From an uncultured bacterium (GTDB lineage Bacteria > Acidobacteriota > HRBIN11 > JAKEFK01): a stretch of DNA of 64,000 bases. Positions 11,242 through 21,902 of this stretch are shown here, in pieces. The stretch covers positions 224,001-288,000 of the forward strand of contig CAVZQN010000003.1 of assembly GCA_963777505.1 (NCBI GenBank), in the 5' to 3' direction. The notes below the pieces were generated by a model. That model saw only the letters and a list, made by a program, of their open reading frames with translations. It was not told the origin of the DNA and searched no databases. A program made the translations under genes and the position numbers. Position 1 is the stretch's first letter; the number at the start of each line of letters is the position of its first letter.

Positions 11242-11530
11242 CACTGATAAACGCGGATTTTACAGATTACCACGGATCTAATTGAACCACGGATACACAC
11301 AGATAAACACGGATCGAACTCACATTCAGTTCGGATAGCAGCCTCTTGCTGCCGGCGGCCTTTCAGGCGTGAATTGAGGCAGTGCCAAAAACAAAAGCCG
11401 CAGTAAAAGGAAATTGATGCATTAAGAGTAGTGGCTTTTGTTTTTGGCACTGCCTCAATTCAGTGCCCGCCGAAGGCGGGCCGCCGGCATCTATCCGTGT
11501 GCATCCGTGTAATCCGTGGTTAAATCAGTG
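11242..11530. repeat. Nested palindromic intergenic element (REP/MITE-like) between convergent genes
   Basis: Perfect 30-bp inverted repeat at 11370-11399/11433-11462, GCCGGCGGCC at 11351-11360/11479-11488, and outer CCACGGAT/ACACGGAT arrays facing ATCCGTGT/ATCCGTGG arrays. Confidence 0.85.
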
Positions 11531-11538
11531 TTCAATTC

Positions 11539-14511
11539 TTATTTTGTGAGCTTTGTGCTTTTGCGGTTAACATCCCGGCCAAATCGTGTTCGCAACGGAA
11601 CCTTCACCTGGATTAAAGTTCCTTTATCTGGTTCGGATTCAACTTGCAAACTTCCGCCAAGCAATCTGGCACGTTCTTTCATCGTTTTTAAGCCATTTCC
11701 ATCAAACGCTTTGCCGGATGGAATTCCGCGACCATTGTCTTGAATCGTGCAAAAAAACGATCCGTTAGCGATTTTCATTTCTATGTGGGCGGCAGTTGCT
11801 TTGGAATGTTTAACGATGTTATTTACGCATTCTTTAACGATGAGATGGATATGGCGTTTGAAATCAGGAGTTAGTTTTCGTCCTGTATCCAGTTGAGGTG
11901 CAATCATTTCAAAATCGATATTTGAAGCTGAGAGAATATCGACACTAAATTTTCTTACCCTTGTCACCAGATCTTCCACACGATCACGCGACGGATTTAC
12001 GGCCCACACAATGTCGCTCATTGATTCCATTAAGTCGCGCGAGGTTTCTGAAACTTTCTGCAAACGTGAGGTTGTTTCTGCCCCAGAATTCTGAAGTTGT
12101 TCGCGTATGGCTTCACTAATGACGGCTATCTGAGAAAGTCCTGCGCCGATATCATCATGCAAATCCGAAGCAATGCGCGTACGAATCCTTTCAAGCTCCA
12201 ACACCCTTCGAATCTGAAAAGCATGAATTCTCCAAATCAAAAGTGCAGCAGCCATTCCAGAAATCGCGTAAAACCACCATGTTTGATAAAAGTATGGCCG
12301 GAGTTGAAACGCGAAGCTTGCACCTGTTTCATTCCAAATGCCATCATTGTTGCAGGCGCGTACTTGAAATGTGTATTGTCCTGGCGGGATATTTGTATAT
12401 TGCGCAATCCGCCGAGTTCCTGCTTCTATCCAACTTCCATCAAATCCAGTTAATCGGTACTGGAAGCGCACTTTTTCTGGCGCTAAAAAACTGAACGCTG
12501 CGAATTCAAAATCGAAATTGCGATTTCCTGGCGGCAACGATCGCGCTTGCTCTAATTGAATCTGTCTTCCGGATACGATCATTTTTTCAATCATCACTGG
12601 AGGCGGTACTGGATTCGTTTTTAACTTCCCTGGTTCAATGACCGCTGCACCTTCCAGTGTTGCGAACCAAAGCCGCCCATCTTTTGAGTGCCAGATGGAT
12701 GGTTGATTTCCATCGAAGCATTCTGCATTCCTCAATCCATCACTCGTTGTGAATGTTTGAGGTTCCAGCTTTGTCAATTTCCCATCGGCAAAATCGTTTG
12801 CTTGCTGTTTTGAAAGTCGAAGAATTCCTTTATGACTTCCTATCCAGATAAATCCTTTTGAATCATCAATGAATGAAGAAACCGAGTTGATACCCAGGCC
12901 ATCTGCGCCACGATAGACAACAAACTTACCGTTTTTATAACGCAAAAGTCCTGACGACATCGTTCCAATCCAGACCGTTCCATCAGCATCTTCGTAAACT
13001 GTAGATAAAGTATCCGTGGGGAGGCCGTCTTTGCGCGTATAGTGTTTCCATTTATCTTCTTTGTATTGATAAAGTCCGCCTTTCGTCGCAACCCACATCC
13101 CTGAGTTTGAAGATTCGAAAAAGGCTTGAATTGTTCCTCGGCGAAGTTCGTTTACAGAAAGTAATTCCCCATTCGTGAAAATATTCAGGCCATTGTTAGT
13201 TGCGATCCAGAGCCGTCCCTGCGTATCCTCTTTGAGTGCTATGACAACTTGATCCAGCAATCCATCTTTCGTTGTATAACTGCTGACTTCATTCTTTGAT
13301 ATGCGGTTTAACCCTGACATAGATCCAACCCACAAATTACCTTGTGAGTCTTTAAGGAGTGACGTTATGTAATTAGAAAGCAGTCCATTTTTCGTATTAA
13401 GGTGTGTTATTTTTTCCCCATCAATTCGGTTCAATCCTTCATCGGTTCCAATCCAAAAGATTCCATCAGGATCTTCGTACACTGAAGTTACAATGTCGGT
13501 GGTTAAGCCTTCAGCTTTTCCTATAACGCGAACTTTCCCTTCACTGAAGCGGCTGAGTCCGCCATTGCTCATACCGATCCAGACACTGCCTTCCGGATCT
13601 TCGTAAATAGCCCACACTGCATCGCGAGGCAAACCTTCTTTTGATGTATAGCGTTCAATTTTGTCTTTATACTTTCTCCCAATTCCTCCTTCAGTACCTA
13701 TCCAAAGGTTGTGATCTCTGTCCAGCATTAAACAATTGACAATGTTACTTGGAAGACCGTCTGCTGTTGTGTAATTTTTAAATTTTCCATTCTTGTAATG
13801 ACTTAAACCACCTTCAGTTGCGATCCAGTGTGAACCATCCGGATCGCGAATAATCGCCCACACGGCATTATTTGCTAAGCCATCACGTTGGGTAACTGTT
13901 TTCCACTTACCATCACTGAAAATAAGAAGTCCATCTTGAGTACCGGCCCAGACAGTTGAGTCTGGATCAACTGTCATGTAATGAACATATTTTGTTCCAT
14001 TCAATTGTTCTGGAAGATATTTTGTAAATGAAGCACGATTCCATTTTGCGATGCCTTCATGTGTTCCCAGCCATAAATTTCCTGAAGGATCTTCGGTGAT
14101 GGAATAAATCCACGAATCGTTGAGGCCATCTTTTTTTGTGTATCGGATGGTTTCGGTTCCACTATGTTGGAAGAGTCCTTCCATCGTTGCAATCCATAGA
14201 TTGCCCTGAGAATCAGGGAAAAGAGAATTGACAGTTCGCATTGAGAAGTCAGAATTTTCTGGCATCTCAAGTGGAACAAAACGCACACCGTCAAATCGTG
14301 TGACACCCTGATAATCACCGAGCCATAAATAGCCATTCTTCGTTTGGGTGATAGAAAGGACTGTATCCTGCGGCAAACCTTGTTTCGATTTGTAATTAAT
14401 ATGGACGTAATCCTTGATGGGAATGGAAGGATCCAAAGAGAAGCAGATTATGGGAATGCAAAACTGCAAAAGGATCAGAAATGCATAGGAGCTTTTCTGT
14501 TTAACATGCAT
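11539..14511 (-). CDS. Sensor histidine kinase with double beta-propeller, Y_Y_Y domain and HisKA_3
   Basis: Repeated DGL..V..I.ED..G.LWIGT units, YTNIPPGQYTFQVRACNNDG, a TM helix, RIASDLHDDIG and GNGLKTMKERA. Confidence 0.93.
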   Translation of the reverse strand: MHVKQKSSYAFLILLQFCIPIICFSLDPSIPIKDYVHINYKSKQGLPQDTVLSITQTKNGYLWLGDYQGVTRFDGVRFVPLEMPENSDFSMRTVNSLFPDSQGNLWIATMEGLFQHSGTETIRYTKKDGLNDSWIYSITEDPSGNLWLGTHEGIAKWNRASFTKYLPEQLNGTKYVHYMTVDPDSTVWAGTQDGLLIFSDGKWKTVTQRDGLANNAVWAIIRDPDGSHWIATEGGLSHYKNGKFKNYTTADGLPSNIVNCLMLDRDHNLWIGTEGGIGRKYKDKIERYTSKEGLPRDAVWAIYEDPEGSVWIGMSNGGLSRFSEGKVRVIGKAEGLTTDIVTSVYEDPDGIFWIGTDEGLNRIDGEKITHLNTKNGLLSNYITSLLKDSQGNLWVGSMSGLNRISKNEVSSYTTKDGLLDQVVIALKEDTQGRLWIATNNGLNIFTNGELLSVNELRRGTIQAFFESSNSGMWVATKGGLYQYKEDKWKHYTRKDGLPTDTLSTVYEDADGTVWIGTMSSGLLRYKNGKFVVYRGADGLGINSVSSFIDDSKGFIWIGSHKGILRLSKQQANDFADGKLTKLEPQTFTTSDGLRNAECFDGNQPSIWHSKDGRLWFATLEGAAVIEPGKLKTNPVPPPVMIEKMIVSGRQIQLEQARSLPPGNRNFDFEFAAFSFLAPEKVRFQYRLTGFDGSWIEAGTRRIAQYTNIPPGQYTFQVRACNNDGIWNETGASFAFQLRPYFYQTWWFYAISGMAAALLIWRIHAFQIRRVLELERIRTRIASDLHDDIGAGLSQIAVISEAIREQLQNSGAETTSRLQKVSETSRDLMESMSDIVWAVNPSRDRVEDLVTRVRKFSVDILSASNIDFEMIAPQLDTGRKLTPDFKRHIHLIVKECVNNIVKHSKATAAHIEMKIANGSFFCTIQDNGRGIPSGKAFDGNGLKTMKERARLLGGSLQVESEPDKGTLIQVKVPLRTRFGRDVNRKSTKLTK

Positions 14512-14567
14512 CTTAAACTATGATCTTACCTCAAACCCGTTGACTCTTTCTGTGGTAAAAGAGTGGA

Positions 14568-16019
14568 GTGCATCTCAATCGGATTTTAGCGGCACTGCTT
14601 GCCGCTATCGCAGGCCTCACATATGTGAGAACACTTTTGCCTGGAATCGGTAATTCCGGTGATACCGCAAAGTTTGCTTTTGCAGGATATGTTTGGGGAA
14701 CAGCACACGCTAACGGTTATCCAACTTACCTAATTCTCAATCATTTCTTTACAACGTTTTTGCCCTTTGGAAGTATTGCGTATCGCGCAAACCTGCTCTC
14801 GGCAGTCTTCAGTGTTATTGCGTTGATCGTTCTTTATAGAATTTTCATTCTTCTCAAAGTCAAACCTATCATCGCGTTTCTGGTTTGTCTTGCTTTTAGT
14901 TGTACGCGTACGCTTTGGTCTCAATCAGTTGTAGCAGAGATGTACACATTACATGTGTTGTTTGTAAGTCTCGTAATGTTTTTCTTCCTGAAATGGAATG
15001 CGACTCACAAAGAGCGAGACCTTCTTCTTGGCTGCGGTTTTTATGCCTTCTCATTCGGCAACAGTCCGTCCATGATTGCGTTGCTGCCCGCTATAATTTT
15101 TCTAACTCTGAAAACAAAAAAACAAATTTTCTTTAATCGTAATCTAGTTCTGAAAATCGGTGCACTGATCGTGTTTGGCATTCTTCAGTATTCCTATTCG
15201 CTTTGGCGATATTATGATCCACATACCAAATATCTTGAGATTGCCACTCCTGATTTGAAGACTCTCTGGTGGGCTATGACTGGCGCGCAGCTCAGGTCAA
15301 CTCTGTTTTCAATTCCGATTTCTTTTATCGTTCAACAAAGAATTCCAGAAGTCGCAATCCTCTTTCTGAAAGAATTTTTCTATTGGATACCATTAGCGAT
15401 CTTTGGTATCAAACGATTGAATAGGACTCTGAATGTATTTTTCCTTCTTGCATTTGTAGGCAATATGTTTCTGGTTTTCAATTTTTACTTTCGCGTTTGG
15501 ACGATTTATTTTCTTCCAAACTATTTCATCATCGCAATTTATTTGGGTCTCGCTCTTGATTGGTTTTATGAAAGGCTGTCCCGGAAATCTCTTCAATACG
15601 CGACTCTTGCAGTGTCATTATGCATTCCAATGACATTGTTTTTTTCCAATTACTCCGTAGTCGATCAGCACAAAAACACATTGATCGCAGACACTGCAAA
15701 GAAATATCTTGCGTTAGTAGATTCAAATGCCCTTATTGTTTCGCCGGGCTATGATGCTTCGGAGTACTTATGGTACTACCTGATCGGTGAAGGCTTGCAG
15801 GATAAGACCCAAAACTATGTTATCCATGATTGTTCGATCGATCAGATCAAAGCATACATTGAAGAAAACAGACCGATTTATTCATCGATTCAGCGGATTC
15901 ATATTCCAGCCGGGCTCCAGGTATATTGTTTGGGACCTTCGTACGTTGAAGGTTTGCAAAAGGCAGGGTTAAAAGTTCAATTGCTAAAAATGGGACTTTT
16001 TAGAGTTAGCAAAGGGTAG
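14568..16019 (+). CDS. DUF2723 / TMEM260-like GT-C membrane glycosyltransferase
   Basis: GDTAKF..GTAHANGYPTY and LWSQSVVAEMYTLH motifs; polytopic membrane protein. Confidence 0.8.
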   Translation: MHLNRILAALLAAIAGLTYVRTLLPGIGNSGDTAKFAFAGYVWGTAHANGYPTYLILNHFFTTFLPFGSIAYRANLLSAVFSVIALIVLYRIFILLKVKPIIAFLVCLAFSCTRTLWSQSVVAEMYTLHVLFVSLVMFFFLKWNATHKERDLLLGCGFYAFSFGNSPSMIALLPAIIFLTLKTKKQIFFNRNLVLKIGALIVFGILQYSYSLWRYYDPHTKYLEIATPDLKTLWWAMTGAQLRSTLFSIPISFIVQQRIPEVAILFLKEFFYWIPLAIFGIKRLNRTLNVFFLLAFVGNMFLVFNFYFRVWTIYFLPNYFIIAIYLGLALDWFYERLSRKSLQYATLAVSLCIPMTLFFSNYSVVDQHKNTLIADTAKKYLALVDSNALIVSPGYDASEYLWYYLIGEGLQDKTQNYVIHDCSIDQIKAYIEENRPIYSSIQRIHIPAGLQVYCLGPSYVEGLQKAGLKVQLLKMGLFRVSKG

Positions 16020-16119
16020 CAATTTCCAGTTAGCAATTTCCGGTTGAATTTGATTATTTTGGGATCATCTTTACTAGGGATGCCTTTGGGGGGAAATTCG
16101 ATTACAATATCTGATCGTT

Positions 16120-16602
16120 ATGACACCCGATCTCGCGAACTCTACGATTCTTGTCGTCGATGATGAAGAAATCGTTCTGACAAGCATCAAAAATTTTCTA
16201 GCGCTCGAGACTGAATACAACATCCTTGCCTTTTCTTCGCCTACAGAAGCACTAAAAGGGATTAAGGATACACCGATTGATCTCGTGATTTCGGACTATC
16301 TTATGCCCGAAATGAATGGCATTGAATTCCTCTTGAAAGTGAAGGAACTATACCCGACTGCAACAAGAATCATTTTGACAGCTTATGCAGATAAAGAGAA
16401 TGCGATCCGCGCGATTAATGAGCTTGGTCTGTTTCAATATATAGAAAAGCCGTGGGACAATGATCAGCTCAAAATTTCAATCCGGAACGGTCTTGAACGA
16501 AGAATCTTAATGAAACAACTTGAAGACACAATCAGGGAGTTTGAGGGATCGCAAAGTCAGTTGAAATCGATTCATAACCGCATTTTAAAGACTTTCGTTT
16601 GA
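16120..16602 (+). CDS. Response regulator (receiver plus short coiled coil)
   Basis: ILVVDDE, ISDYLMP, LTAYAD and YIEKPW motifs. Confidence 0.92.
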   Translation: MTPDLANSTILVVDDEEIVLTSIKNFLALETEYNILAFSSPTEALKGIKDTPIDLVISDYLMPEMNGIEFLLKVKELYPTATRIILTAYADKENAIRAINELGLFQYIEKPWDNDQLKISIRNGLERRILMKQLEDTIREFEGSQSQLKSIHNRILKTFV

Positions 16603-16626
16603 AACCAACACTCATAACAAACTTAG

Positions 16627-17998
16627 ATGAATAATCAGCAGTATCGCCTTGTACGTATTTTTCTGTCTGCAGCTTTCTTCTATGTCATGGATGCGAATTC
16701 CAGTCCGTTGCTTGATACCGAGAAAATAAGCCAGGAATTTGCATTGAACGCCGATCAGGAAGATTCAGTCCAAACCGGCGAAACCACGAGAACCGGGAGT
16801 TGGGAAGCTGAAAGAAAAAAGAAATCCTCTTTCTTAGAACCAGAAAAAAGATCCACAATGGAGAAATTTTTGAGTGGGCTCGGTGATGAAGGGGGATTGG
16901 GTCTAAATTGGAAGGGCCTTTACCCAAGATTTGGCGGTCTTGAAGCTTCTGGAGCAAGTATTGGAGCCGGCGTTCGATACTGGCGCCGCAATATTTTGGG
17001 ATCACATATTGAAATGCAGGCACAAGCACTTTTTTCGATCCGCAAATATCAGCAGTACACTTTTCAATTTGGAAAAATTATGAGATATGAAGTCCATCGT
17101 CTGATTGGTACCCGCGGCTATGGCGGCCTTCATAATTTTATCGGGCTCGATAAGAGAGACGACGATTTCTTTCTATTCGGAACTTATCGATATCGAGATT
17201 TTCCCCAAGAGGACTTTTTATGGAATCGGGCCGGACTCAATCGAAGAAAATCGAACCAATTATCGTCAGAAAGATTCGACGATTTTGGGGACGGTTGGAT
17301 ATGAATTAACTTCATGGGCGGTTATTGCGGGATCTGTCGGTTATATGAACGTTGATACTGAATCTGGAGAAGACTCCCGTTTTCCCGATACTTCAATCCT
17401 TTTTGATGATGAAACGGCTCCCGGACTTTTTACGAGTAGTGATTTTATTGTAGGAGGCGGTACTGCAGTTATTGATTTACGCGACAATCCTTCCAATCCT
17501 CACTCCGGGTTCATGCTGGGATTTGAACACGTTCGATATGAAGATGAGAGTGATACAAATTTTAGTTTCGGGCGCACTAGCTATGATGCCCGCTTCTATT
17601 TGCCTCTTGGTTCTGAACATCGTACATTCGCCTTTCAGCTTTACACTTCAATGAACAACCGCGACTCAGGGGATAGAGTTCCTTTCTATTTGCTAGAAGG
17701 CTTAGGCGGAGCCGATGCGTTGCGAGGATTTGATTCGAATCGTTTCCGCGATGATAATTTGATTTCTCTTTCTGGTGAATATCGATGGGAGCCGGCTCCG
17801 TTTTGGGAACTTGCTCTGTTTTATGACGCGGGCAAGGTCTTTCCAAATGGTGAGAATTGGAATTTCGAAAAACTTGAAAATGGGTTCGGAATCGGTACAC
17901 GATTCAAACTTCCCAAAACAACAATTCTCAGAGTTGACGTTGGTCACAGCAACGAAGGAACCCGAGTGTATTTCAAGCTAACCAGCCCATCCTTTTAA
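16627..17998 (+). CDS. Omp85/BamA-TamA family outer-membrane barrel without obvious POTRA domains (apparent +1 frameshift in T-run near 17215-17219)
   Basis: Dropping one T joins FPQEDF to YGIGPDS. LGGADALRGFDSNRFRD loop-6 motif, FYDAGKV and a terminal Phe are present. Confidence 0.85.
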
Positions 17999-18001
17999 CA
18001 C

Positions 18002-19628
18002 ATGATTATCACTAAGAAACTCTCTTTATTCTTTTTTGTACTCCTTTTTAGTGTTCCATGTTTCGCGATGAAGTTTTATTCCGATGATCCTGTTACTAAG
18101 GATGAAGATCAAAAACCTGTGCCTCTGCCTGCTCCGGTAGAAGCAAAAGGTGCTTATGATTTCGTAGAGAACACTTTTATCCTGCCGCGTAAGAAGGAAA
18201 AATATAATCAAGAACGTTCTGTCAATATCAATACGCTTGGTGAAGTCCCCGATTCTAGCTGGTTCACAAACAGAATTGGAATTCAACCCATGAGCGAACA
18301 GGAATTGATTCATGGGTCGAGCCAATTAAGCGGTCCTGACCCAGAAGGTAAATGGACGATTGTTCAGGCAAAGTCGCAAGGGGTAACTCCTGGATTTACG
18401 ATTCAAGACAGCAACGGTCATGTTTTTTTTCTTAAATTCGATCCCAAGAAGTACCCTCAACTAACTACTTCAGCGGAAGTGGTGGCTACAAAATTTTTTC
18501 ATGCATTGGGTTATAACGTTCCAGAAAATTATATTGCTTTTCTTCGTCCCGAAAATTTAGAAATAGGGCATGAAGCGATTATCACAGATGAAAATGGCCA
18601 ACGCCGGCCAATGAAAAAAGATGATGTGAAACGAATTCTAAAACGTGTGCCTCACAATGTAGATGGTACGGTCCAGGTGATTGCAAGCCGGCGCATTCCT
18701 GGAACATTGTTGGGGCCATTCAAATATTTTGGAACGAGAAGCGACGATGCCAATGATATCTTTCGGCATGAAGATCGAAGAGAGTTGCGCGGAATGCGGG
18801 TCTTTGCATCATGGTTGAATCATGATGAACCATCACGCGTTAACTCACTCGATTCATATCAGGGATCAGCCGGAGAAGGGTATATGAAGCATTTCTTAAT
18901 TGATTTTAATTCTTGTTTAGGCAGTGGAAGTGTACGCCCAAATGAGTTGCGTTCTGGAAATGAATATGTATTTGAAAAAGGACCAATCCTAAAGTCGGCT
19001 TTGACACTCGGCTTGGCTGATCGTTCATGGCGTTCTGTCCATTATCCGAAATATCCTTCAGTGGGTAGATTTGAATCGCAATATTTTGAACCTCAGAAAT
19101 GGAAGCCTGAATATCCAAATCCCGCTTTTGATAGGATGACCCCCGAGGATGCTTTCTGGGCGACGCGAATTATGATGCGGTTTTCAGATGAAGCCATCAA
19201 TACACTTGTAAAGACCGGGATGTATGAGGATCCTGGTGCAATTGACTACCTGACAAAAACTTTAATAGAGCGGCGTGACAAAGTTATTCGTTATTATCTT
19301 TCCTTTGCTCCCGCCTCTTGATGAATTTCAGTGGTCTGGTGATTTGTTGCAATTTAAGGATTTGGGTGTTGAACGAAAACTTGGGACCGTTCAAGGATAT
19401 AGTTATCAATGGTTCCGTTTCGATAATAATGCTGAGACTTTGCAGGCAATCGCCCCACCTTCTACAACTTCAAATACATCAATTACAGTCCCATCAGACA
19501 ATGCAGAATATCTTATGGTTCGGATTGAAAGCATAAATCCCTCATTGCCTGGTTGGAAAAAGGCCGTGAATGTTTATTTACGTACCAATGATCGAGTGAT
19601 TGTTGGCATTGAACGGGATTCAGACTAA
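18002..19628 (+). CDS. Secreted protein with atypical (HipA/PI3K/CotH-like) kinase motifs (apparent +1 frameshift near 19304)
   Basis: Sec signal peptide; KSQGVTPG, FLKFD, SAEVVA, GYNVP, WLNHDEPSRVN and FLIDF in kinase order. Dropping one T joins RYYLS to LLPPLDEF. Confidence 0.6.
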
Positions 19629-19669
19629 CTTTGCAACCAGGCGTCTTCAGGACTAGATTGGAAAAAACA

Positions 19670-20578
19670 ATGCGTAAAAATGTCTACTTAGTGGTTCTGC
19701 TGATCCTCGCGTTTCTGGTTCCTGCTGCAGGCCAAAATAAGCCTTTTCCATTTGCAGTTATCGGTGATAGTGGATGTGACTGCTCAGGGCAGGAGATCGT
19801 TTCCAAGCAGTTGTTTGAATGGTATAAGAAAAAACCATACGGGATGGTTTTAATGCTAGGAGACAACATCTACGGTGATACTTCCTTTTTTGGCGGAAGA
19901 AGAGGTGGAGATCCGGCCCTTTTTGAAGAACATTTTGATGAATATTACAAACCTTTATTGGATTCCGGAGTTAAGTTTTTCGCCACACTTGGAAATCATG
20001 ATATGGAAGCCGATAACGGACGCTCAATGATCGCAGATAAAAAACGTTTTCATATGGTCGGAAGTACGGGATTCTATTCCTTTGCGCCTGAAGAAGAAAA
20101 AGGATTGATTACATTTTACGCTGTGAATTCCGTAACTATGGTTAAAGGTAAAACAGACCTGGGACAAATCGGGTGGCTCAGGGAATCATTGGAAAAAGAT
20201 AAATCCACATGGAAAGTAGTGTTTATGCATCATCCGATTTATACAGCAATCGGTGGACATCGGGCAGATACTGGTCTTCTCGCAGCACTTGAGCCTGTAC
20301 TGGTTAAAGGTGGGGTTCAACTTGTTTTGTCAGGTCACAATCATTATTACGCACGAACGAAACCGATAGATGGTATTACCCATATCACTTCAGGCGGTGG
20401 AGGAAGGTCCCTCGTTTCAATAAAATCTACTGGACAATTGGTAAAAGCCATTCGCACATATCAATTTATGTATTTTGAAGCATCATTTGGAAGATTAGAC
20501 TACTGGTCAATTGATGGCGACGGACGAGAGATCGATCGCGGCTTCCTTGAACCAAAACCAAACTCCGCTTCTCAGTGA
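19670..20578 (+). CDS. Exported calcineurin-like metallophosphoesterase
   Basis: Signal peptide; GDSG, GDNIY, GNHD, HHP and GHNH motifs. Confidence 0.92.
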   Translation: MRKNVYLVVLLILAFLVPAAGQNKPFPFAVIGDSGCDCSGQEIVSKQLFEWYKKKPYGMVLMLGDNIYGDTSFFGGRRGGDPALFEEHFDEYYKPLLDSGVKFFATLGNHDMEADNGRSMIADKKRFHMVGSTGFYSFAPEEEKGLITFYAVNSVTMVKGKTDLGQIGWLRESLEKDKSTWKVVFMHHPIYTAIGGHRADTGLLAALEPVLVKGGVQLVLSGHNHYYARTKPIDGITHITSGGGGRSLVSIKSTGQLVKAIRTYQFMYFEASFGRLDYWSIDGDGREIDRGFLEPKPNSASQ

Positions 20579-20597
20579 AAACTTTGTGTCTCTGTGG

Positions 20598-21818
20598 TTA
20601 AGACTTCATATCAAGGCAAATTAATTCTTTTTGGTTTCTTAAATAGAGTTTCCCATCGACAAGTGTGGGCATCGTCCAGCACTTTCCTTGCAAAACTTGA
20701 GCTTTTGCTTTTTCGCGGTATTCATCCGGTACTGCTTCCACCAAAACAAGCAGACCTCTTTCGCTCAACACAATTAATTGACCATCGGCCAAAATTAATG
20801 AACCTTTTCCGAATCCGCCTTGGGTCCATTTCGTTTCACCGTTCGTTACATCGATGCATTTGAGTTGAGCGTTATCGAAGCCATATAGATGACCGTTGAA
20901 TGCTACTGAAGAATTGAAATGATTCTTCATTCCCTTTGTAAGCCAAACCTCTTCTACACTTGCTGTTTTAGTTCCACGTACACGAAGAAGGGCACCGCCC
21001 CGGTCATAAGAAGTAGAAATGAAAACTTTGTCATCAGGAACGTGGATTGGCACTGCGGCATTCACAAACCAGTCCGTTTTCCATGGATATTTCCAAAACA
21101 ACTTTCCATCAGCCGGTGAAAGAGAAAGGAGAGCTGTCCCTGAAAATACAAGGATTTGTCTGGTCCCATTTATGTTGACAGCTATAGGAGTGGAGTAACC
21201 AGGCTCATCTGTTTGTGATTTCCAAACAATTGCGCCGGTTTTTTTATTGAAAGCCACAACCGCGTTATTTTCTCCGCCTCCAACAGGAAGAATCAGAAGA
21301 TCACCTTCTACGAGCGCTGATGAGGATACACCCCAGATCGGTACTTTTGCACCCATTTCTTTTACCAGATCATGCTGCCAGACTTTTTCTCCGTTATCAG
21401 CTTTCAGCGCGAACAGAGTTCCGCGGGCACCAAATGTATAGACCATTCCATCATTCACTGTTGGAGTTGATCTTGGGCCATTTCCTTGATCATTAATAAA
21501 ATTGGAGTCCGATCGAAAGCGCCATAATTCTTTCCCGTTTGTCGAATCCATGGAAACAACGAATTCATCTTCGCCTTGAGCAAACATTGTGTATATCCGG
21601 CCGCCAACAATGGAAATCCCTGAATAGCCGTCGCCTAGATTGACACGCCATACAGTTTTTGGGCCTTCCGCTGGAAATGTTTTAATGAGCCCAGTTTCTG
21701 TCGATATTCCATCTCCTTTTGCCCCGCGATAAGCTGGCCACTCAATGCCGGCTCCATACATGTCAAAAACAAGGATGAATAGAAATCCAAAAATTATTCC
21801 TATCTTAGTCTTTTTCAT
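20598..21818 (-). CDS. PQQ-like beta-propeller repeat protein
   Basis: WPAYRG, GPRSTP, G.ELW/G.IVW repeats and GKLYLRN. ATG 21818 has a GGAG RBS. Confidence 0.9.
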   Translation of the reverse strand: MKKTKIGIIFGFLFILVFDMYGAGIEWPAYRGAKGDGISTETGLIKTFPAEGPKTVWRVNLGDGYSGISIVGGRIYTMFAQGEDEFVVSMDSTNGKELWRFRSDSNFINDQGNGPRSTPTVNDGMVYTFGARGTLFALKADNGEKVWQHDLVKEMGAKVPIWGVSSSALVEGDLLILPVGGGENNAVVAFNKKTGAIVWKSQTDEPGYSTPIAVNINGTRQILVFSGTALLSLSPADGKLFWKYPWKTDWFVNAAVPIHVPDDKVFISTSYDRGGALLRVRGTKTASVEEVWLTKGMKNHFNSSVAFNGHLYGFDNAQLKCIDVTNGETKWTQGGFGKGSLILADGQLIVLSERGLLVLVEAVPDEYREKAKAQVLQGKCWTMPTLVDGKLYLRNQKELICLDMKS

Positions 21819-21902
21819 TTTTACTCCAACCATCATTTTTATAAGTACAAGGTGAGGCGGAATTTAATCCGCCCCTCCTTGATTGAGGCAGGGCCTCAAG
21901 CG

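Noticed and set aside
17210-17225. Programmed frameshift or phase variation in the Omp85 gene
   Set aside because: Only a T5 run with no evident stimulatory structure; it matches the window-wide +1 error pattern.
10810-20578. Anti-phage cyclic-nucleotide system (CBASS/Pycsar) suggested by cNMP-binding and phosphoesterase genes
   Set aside because: No cyclase or recognised effector is in the window, and the phosphoesterase is exported.
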